This document shows, one piece after another, positions 33,958-64,000 of a stretch of 64,000 nt of DNA (the stretch's first letter is position 1; each line of letters starts with the position of its first letter). This stretch comes from Tubiluchus corallicola (taxonomy: Eukaryota; Animalia; Priapulida). The translations under genes and the position numbers were made by a program. The stretch is taken from positions 62,001 through 126,000 of the forward strand of contig JAQGDQ010000258.1 in assembly GCA_030141605.1 (NCBI GenBank). The letters are read 5' to 3'. Below the pieces are notes generated by a model. That model saw only the letters and a list, made by a program, of their open reading frames with translations, searched no databases and was not told the DNA's origin.

Positions 33958-36900
33958 AAGCCGAGTTTTCTGTACGAGGAACCATTAGTATCCGATCTGT
34001 TACACAAAATCACGCTAATTTCATCCAAGAGCCGGTTTCTGTTCAAGATATGGAACATCTGCAGGTATGCTCAGTGTGCAGTAACTACTAGTACTCTGTT
34101 ATAGTCTTATCCTATTCTATTTTATCACATGCTTTAAAATATATATAAAACCAGGTATATGTAATCTAAAATTTTACAATGTTTGTCTGTTATGAATTTG
34201 CCATTAATCATCTGTCAGTGAGCCAATTAATCAGCTAATCAGCCAGTCAATCAATTGAACTGTCAGATAGTGACTGTTATTTTATTAATTATTTAGTTGA
34301 TTAACTAGTGGTTGCTACTAGCTTTTGATTGATTGTTTGACTGCTTGGTTTGGTGGCACCAACAAATTATTTAACAAACTTGTTAGCTAATTAGCTAACT
34401 AATTATTAATTTGCCTGGCTCACTGGAATGAACTCATGCATGAATTAGCTAACTAACCAACTTTGGTGGCGGAAAATTATTTATCAACTTGTCAGATAAT
34501 TAACTAATTACTTTGCCAGGCTGATTCAGATGAACAATTAAACATAAGCACACATGCATGAGGGGCAGCTTGGCGCTTTGGCAGGTTTAGCGGGTTGGCA
34601 CAGTGGCAATTTGGTGGGTTTCACAGTAGGGTAGATTATACACTTTGGTGGGCTGGGCGCTTTGGCAAGGTTATCAGTCATTTGGATTTAGCACATTGGG
34701 AAGTTTAGCAACACTGTGGATTTGGCACATTAGCAGATTTGACAGCATACAGGCTTGTCTCAGAGGGTAGTTTGGCATTGTAGTGGTCTAGGATTTTTGG
34801 CAGTTTGGTGAGTTTTGCAGTAGGCTGGATTTGGCAGTTTGGTGAATTGGTACATTGGCGGATTTGTCACTTTGGCAGTCAATTTGGCAGGCCTGGCAGT
34901 GGGGTGGAGTTGGCAATTTGATGGTTTGGCGAGTGCGGGCTTGTTACTATGGCTGTTTAGCCGACATGACATGACGGCAGTCTGTGAAGCAGTAAGAGGA
35001 AGTTTCTTAGCGTGATCACACTGATCACTCACATATAAGATGTGTTCCACATGTTATATAATGGTTATGTCAGGTCATTTCAACTTTTCCAACGCTTCAT
35101 TGTGCTCCTTCATGGACTGTCTGCCTATGTTACCCATTGGCAATTAAATGCAGTACCTAGAATTTCATTATTAAAGTATATCTAAATTCAGTATTGAATA
35201 TTATAGAGTGTATACCCCGTGCAAAGTGAAAATATTTTGACTTGGCTTCTTTTGCAGGTGCTTTCAGAAAATGATGGTATATATCGAGTACGAGTGCTCT
35301 CAAAGCAAAACGGTTATGTTTCTACTTTTGTAAAAGCGGTTGGTGTCTATTGTCTTGCTTAGCCGTGTTTACCAGGCATCTAGAAATGCATATGTATTAT
35401 TGTGTATCCAGCTGCATAAAAACGCCTACAAAATAGCTATGGAATAAATAATGCAAGTAGTTTACGGGACACGCATGTACAGTACTATGGAAAGCCCGTA
35501 TGGAAAGATTGCAATAGGTGATAGTCTGTTTTTCTGCATTTGCAGATCCAAAATGCAATTTACTGATAAATGTGTGCATTAAAAACAAAGTGATATTTGT
35601 CAATAATGGATTTATGTTCTATAACATATGCAAAATTCCGGATGTCTGGTAAACAAGGCTTTAGCAGTGTTTTGCAAAAGGATATTTCTGAAATGTTTAT
35701 TTCTTATACGATTTAGCGTGCGACAATCTGGAATCCAGTACTCATTGGTGGGCCTTTTCAACATTGGTGTTTGTAACCAGACCAGAACCTAGTGCATTGT
35801 CAATGGCAATTATCTAAGACCACCCACTGATCTGGCAAAGATATCTTAACCACATACAGGTGTTTATATACATCCTTCTTCAACGAGACTAAAACGGCCA
35901 GAATCAGTGTGCCGAATGAAGCCGTCCAAAGCAAGTATTGAACCCAAGTTGTCGGCTTAATTTCGGACATGAAGCACATCTGCGCATCTGCGAAGCTATT
36001 TTGCCCCGATATCACTATTATAATGTTATTAATGATTTTGCTCAAAACAAATAAAAGAAATTGATAATGTGTTGGGTTTGTAGTTGTTTTGAATTAAAGT
36101 ACAGAATGCTGACAACCAGTTTTATATTATATTATTATATTATTTGTAATAGTAAAGTTATAGCATGATGCTTGTTCTTAGTGCTCTCTGTATGAGTCTG
36201 GTTTGTCTGATATCATTCGACTTCATATGGATGAATCAACCACTTTGCTTGGTGTTTCCATGACAACGGTTCCAGCTTTGTGTCAAGGTGTTGAACTGGA
36301 AGACATAGAGGACATAGTTACATTTAACACATCCCTAGAAATTACACAAACGGTGCTGGGACCAACGTAAGTTTTTTATTGAAAATTGTAAGCAAAAGTT
36401 TATAGTACTGTATAGATTATTAGTCATATTTGTTTCATTTGTTTACTTGCTAGTGTAATTATTTGTTATATTTATGTTTATCTGATTGTTGTTTTGATAA
36501 GAATGCAAATCTTTAACAAAGTGTAACATCATTGTTGTGAACATAAGATTATTGCTTTGAGCTGTGGTTTTATTTTTGCAGAATTTTTATTTTTATTTTA
36601 GGCCAGATACAGCTACATATCTGCAAAAGCTAAATAAGGAACGAGAATCAAAAGCCAAGGGAGAGCAAGACAATCGATCATTTCTAGCAAAATATGTAAG
36701 CTGTTGTTACAATAATATATTAAATATTCTTGTTAGTTCTTCTCTGGATCACAAAGCTTGATTGTTAATTAGTAAACTGGTTCAGAGCAACATGATTAGA
36801 ATTCGAATGCCGATCAAACAACAGTTAGCATACAAATTTTACAACATTGTAGCCTGCAAGTTTGCTGCATGTTGGCTAAAAGGACCTTGTTAAGCCACAC

Positions 36901-37121
36901 ACACAATGTAATCACACTAAAATTTATTCATTTAAGTAGTTGTCAGGACTTGTTCTGAGCTAAAATATATATAATTAAAATTCACTTTTTTATCTTTATA
37001 TAAACATTCAATATTAGTAATATTTATGTTTCAGTGGATGTACATAGTACCTGTCGTCATCTTTATGCTCATTTCTAGCGCAGCTGATCCAAATGCTGCT
37101 GGAGGAGGAGGTGGGAGGTAG
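33958..37121 (+). CDS. EMC10: ER membrane protein complex subunit 10 (3' five exons; 5' exons not found)
   Basis: Exons 33958-34064 (AEFSVRGTISI), 35258-35338 (NDGIYRVRV..YVSTFVKA), 36182-36366 (CSLYESGLSD..LH), 36602-36695 (PDTATYLQKL..DNRSFLAKY) and 37035-37121 (WMYIVPVVIFML..stop); phases are consistent. Confidence 0.9.
34560..34975. repeat. Degenerate GT-rich tandem repeat (TTTGGCAG / GGATTTGGCA units)
   Basis: Roughly 10-bp periodic reiteration within an EMC10 intron. Confidence 0.6.
35361..35660. mobile_element. Harbinger-like MITE
   Basis: TIR AGCCGTGTTTACCAGGCATC / GATGTCTGGTAAACAAGGCT with TTA-like flanks, inserted 22 bp after an EMC10 exon. Confidence 0.7.
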
Positions 37122-39663
37122 CCCAGTATCAGTGCAGCATGGTCAGTGCAAAGAAGCCTTGTGATATATTTGTACAAATGTTTAATATTCATCAAGTTGC
37201 AATAGATTTGTATTTTTTGTTCAAATGCTCCTGTAAATAGGCATCACTGCATTTTGGCAGTGGGTCTATGAATTAAAGCTATGTAGTGATAGGATTCTAT
37301 ATGTTCCTGTCAATGAATTGCTTTCTAGCAATATTCAATTGTTAAATCAACATTGTACATGGAAAATTCAGACACTATGACATTCACCTATCAACTGTTT
37401 GCTATCTGCTGGGTCTAGCGGTTTGCTGCTCACACCTTTGCATGCTGGTATGACCAAGTCGTATCAACTAAATGTTATGACCACAAATGTAATATAAATT
37501 TACACATATAATGGAGGTACATTAGCAGACACAAGAGTAAAACTTTCATAAGCACCATTGATTTGTTTATTGTTGTTTGCACTCATACTTTCTGTGCTGA
37601 ATAAACAAGTAACTACTCGCAAATCTTTTGTTACGTAAATTATGTAGTTTTATTTTGTCGGATAGCACAAAAAATTCTGACTCTGCATACAATTTGCAAG
37701 GAAATAGGTGAACATTAAACAACTACTGAAACTCGTTATTAATAAATTTCAACTAGAACTGTAGTAAATTTATAATCTAGCAAACTGTCATCAAACAGAT
37801 GGCACTTAGAACGTAACCACAGATGGCAAACTAAATATCAACTCCCATGTTTGCAAGCATTATTATATTAGTCAATACGGAGTGAATTAATTGGGCGCAT
37901 TGACCATTACTGAGGACCAGCTTAAAAATAAATGGTGTGTGCATAGTTTAGCATAGCAACTGAAAAAAGTGTCGCAAATTAGAGACACCTCATCATAAAA
38001 ATTGCACTAATAAAACAAAATCGGAAACCGCGCAAGTTTCACTTTATCAAGAGGAAAAAAATAGCAATTTGCTCTACTACATTAAGTTTTAGTGAACAGC
38101 TTTTGCAAACTAGACAAATTTTGGGACGTAAAAACGAACTACTGCTATAGCATATTTTAGTAATTAGCTATACATTTTGATTACAGTGTATATGTACGTT
38201 TTCAGTTATTAATAAAAAAATTTGTTTAAAAAATGCAGAGTGTCAGGCCACATGAGCCCACACAAAACGCTTTCTGCAAGATGAGTTCGCTACTTGCTCA
38301 GAAATATAAGTACCCTGATACACTGTCTCATTGAGTAACATTGCTCTGTACTACTCCCATTTTAGTATTTAAACAAAACGCAATTCACCTGGGAAAACTG
38401 ATCCTTCTTACGCATTAAGATGAGCAAGCGTTAGTCACAATTCATTTGCAGTTTGCTACATTTGTAACAGCTACCATGAAGCAACTTACATAAACAAAAT
38501 AAAGACTCATTTATCATGACATAACTAAATTACGCATTTATACTATTAAAATAAATGTAATGGACAACAGAAGCAAGCTAATTTACATTGTACAACACAA
38601 GATAAAATATATGATCACTCATAATGTTAGCAAAATATAAATTTACAAATTTATACAAACATTTAAATGATAAAATTTACTATGACTATTAGAATGTCAA
38701 TTTCTGAACAAGTCCACAAAGTCTTATGTACTGTTAGTTCAAAGCACAAATTCAGTTTGTCTCACTTGCTAGGATTTACATTGTACTTGAAAATCTGACA
38801 TATTTTGACAGAAATACCCGAAATCGTATCTATAAAAACACAAAATTGGCGGGTATTGCTATCACATTTTTTAATGGAATTCATGCATTATTCTATTGTT
38901 GCTATTTCTCTTGCGACATTGAAGCATTATGGTAATATGACTGAAAGTACAATATGAGGTATAGCCTGAGCAGTGCTCTAGTGTACTAATCTGGAATACT
39001 GCTAAATAATCACAGAATTATATACATTTCTTATTAATTCTATGCTACACCTAATAACATAAGACACAAGTTCCTTTACTTTGAGGTAAAATCGTGCAAA
39101 TTAACCAACTATGGAGGGGTTGCCTCTAATGTTTAATAATAAAAAATTATTTTTAACAGTAAATAAACACAAAAAAATACAAAACTTAACAAAAACCTTA
39201 AAGTTACTCAACACTCTTGAGTGTAATTTCCTTTCATTTGCCTAAATGTTGTAGATCTGCTCAGCAAGTTACATACCAGAGCAGTAAAATAATTAAATTT
39301 TGCTATTAGTAACTAATGCTTTGGCATAATTTTAATTGGTTACATTTCTGAAACAATATGAATATTAGTGTCAAGTTATACATACTTTTGAGGACAAGTT
39401 ATAGTGTATATATTTTTTTTTTGTAACCCTTCTTTCACTACTTACAAATTTGAGCTTTTGCCAGTTTCTTAAAATAGGTTTGTGCATTCGTTAGAATCGG
39501 GTTGATTAGCAACAGAACATAAACATAAAAATAATAACAATAAAATTATATATGCATTTTATATGTACATCAAACAAATTAATCGCTAATAATGACAAAG
39601 AAACATGGCAGGATAATAATATCAATATAAACAACCAAAATCACTATATTTCTAGCACTCTAA

Positions 39664-63019
<23,356 letters not shown>

Positions 63020-63839
63020 CTGTAAACAGAAAATGATAGTAAGACACAGTTGAAGCCATCTAACAAAAATAAACAAGGTGGCTATGAAAATTGAAAAGAA
63101 ATGTATCCATACACAAAAAGAATTCTGCAATATAGAAAATGGGGTGATAACTAATTATCGTTAACACTCTGAAAAAGGTTAAAAAACATTAACACTTAAA
63201 AAAAATTTACATGTAAAAACATTTGGTAAGTTACTTCAACTAGAATCTGAAATTTCAAACTGCAAACTATAAAACAGTACAGACTTTAGTCAAAACCACA
63301 GACTAATTTTGACTTGGATATTTTAATTTCAGAAGATTTCTTGAATTTTTTGAAATAATGTGCAAGACGATTTTAAATAAATTCAGCATTGTCTGCATTA
63401 GACTAGGTGCATTTTAACAAGATCTCTGCTTAAAGATGATGTAATGATGTTCAGTGCTGCATCTTGGCATAGAATTTATTAAGTCTGATTAAACGTGAAT
63501 TAATACACAAACTAAAATTTGTGAGTTTATCCATGAACTGATTAATGTTTGAAATCTTATCAAAGTTTCACTAGTGTTAAAATTGTACAGACTGTAAAGA
63601 CTTTGAAAAATATTTGGTTGAATACATAAACACAGTGACAAAGAGGATAAATGGATTTGAGTACATTAAACATTATGAAAAAGTAGCGCAAAGGCAAATA
63701 AAGTGGTTAATCATGATAGCAAGTCAGTTCTAATAGGGGACAAAATCAGACAGTATAAAAGTTTTGTAACTGCATCTTTTCCAAAACTATGGCTTCCATG
63801 CTGGGACACCCACTTAAAAACACAATAAAACATGTCAAC

Positions 63840-64000
63840 TAAGGTTGTAATGATACACCTAGGTCACGATACAATACATATCTTGACACTAACCTCACGA
63901 TACGACACGTATCACAATACAACTGGGGGAGTTAGCATTTGCATGTTTTATAAAAGACTAGATGAAGCCGTTGATAATAAATGCTAGACATATTTTATCA
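63840..64000 (+). mobile_element. Left end of a second copy of the 32166-type MITE (runs off the window)
   Basis: Colinear homology with 32166-32325. Confidence 0.7.

Overview
AT-rich, intron-rich invertebrate animal DNA; the TTAGGG-type repeats and gene content suggest a non-arthropod, possibly spiralian, host (inference). Host genes assembled by hand from GT-AG exons: (1) a complete secreted astacin metalloprotease with three C-terminal ShK domains (minus strand, 2888-15627); (2) an orphan terminal exon of a C1q-domain gene (minus, 20152-20294); (3) the 3' five exons of EMC10 (plus, 33958-37121); (4) most of USP32 (minus, 39664 to beyond 63019). A young, apparently intact 8.4-kb Ty3/Gypsy LTR retrotransposon (22946-31361) sits between the C1q exon and EMC10. 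Introns hold many MITEs (hAT, piggyBac, Harbinger-like), LINE and SINE relics, and satellites. Most notable: a run of short intron-like units in the Gypsy 3' non-coding region and LTR, an ambiguous gag-pol recoding site, PPxY and PSAP late-domain-like motifs in an env-less Pol tail, a 68-bp satellite that multiplies a splice acceptor of the astacin gene, and nested inverted telomere-repeat elements. All calls are by eye; no database searches were run.
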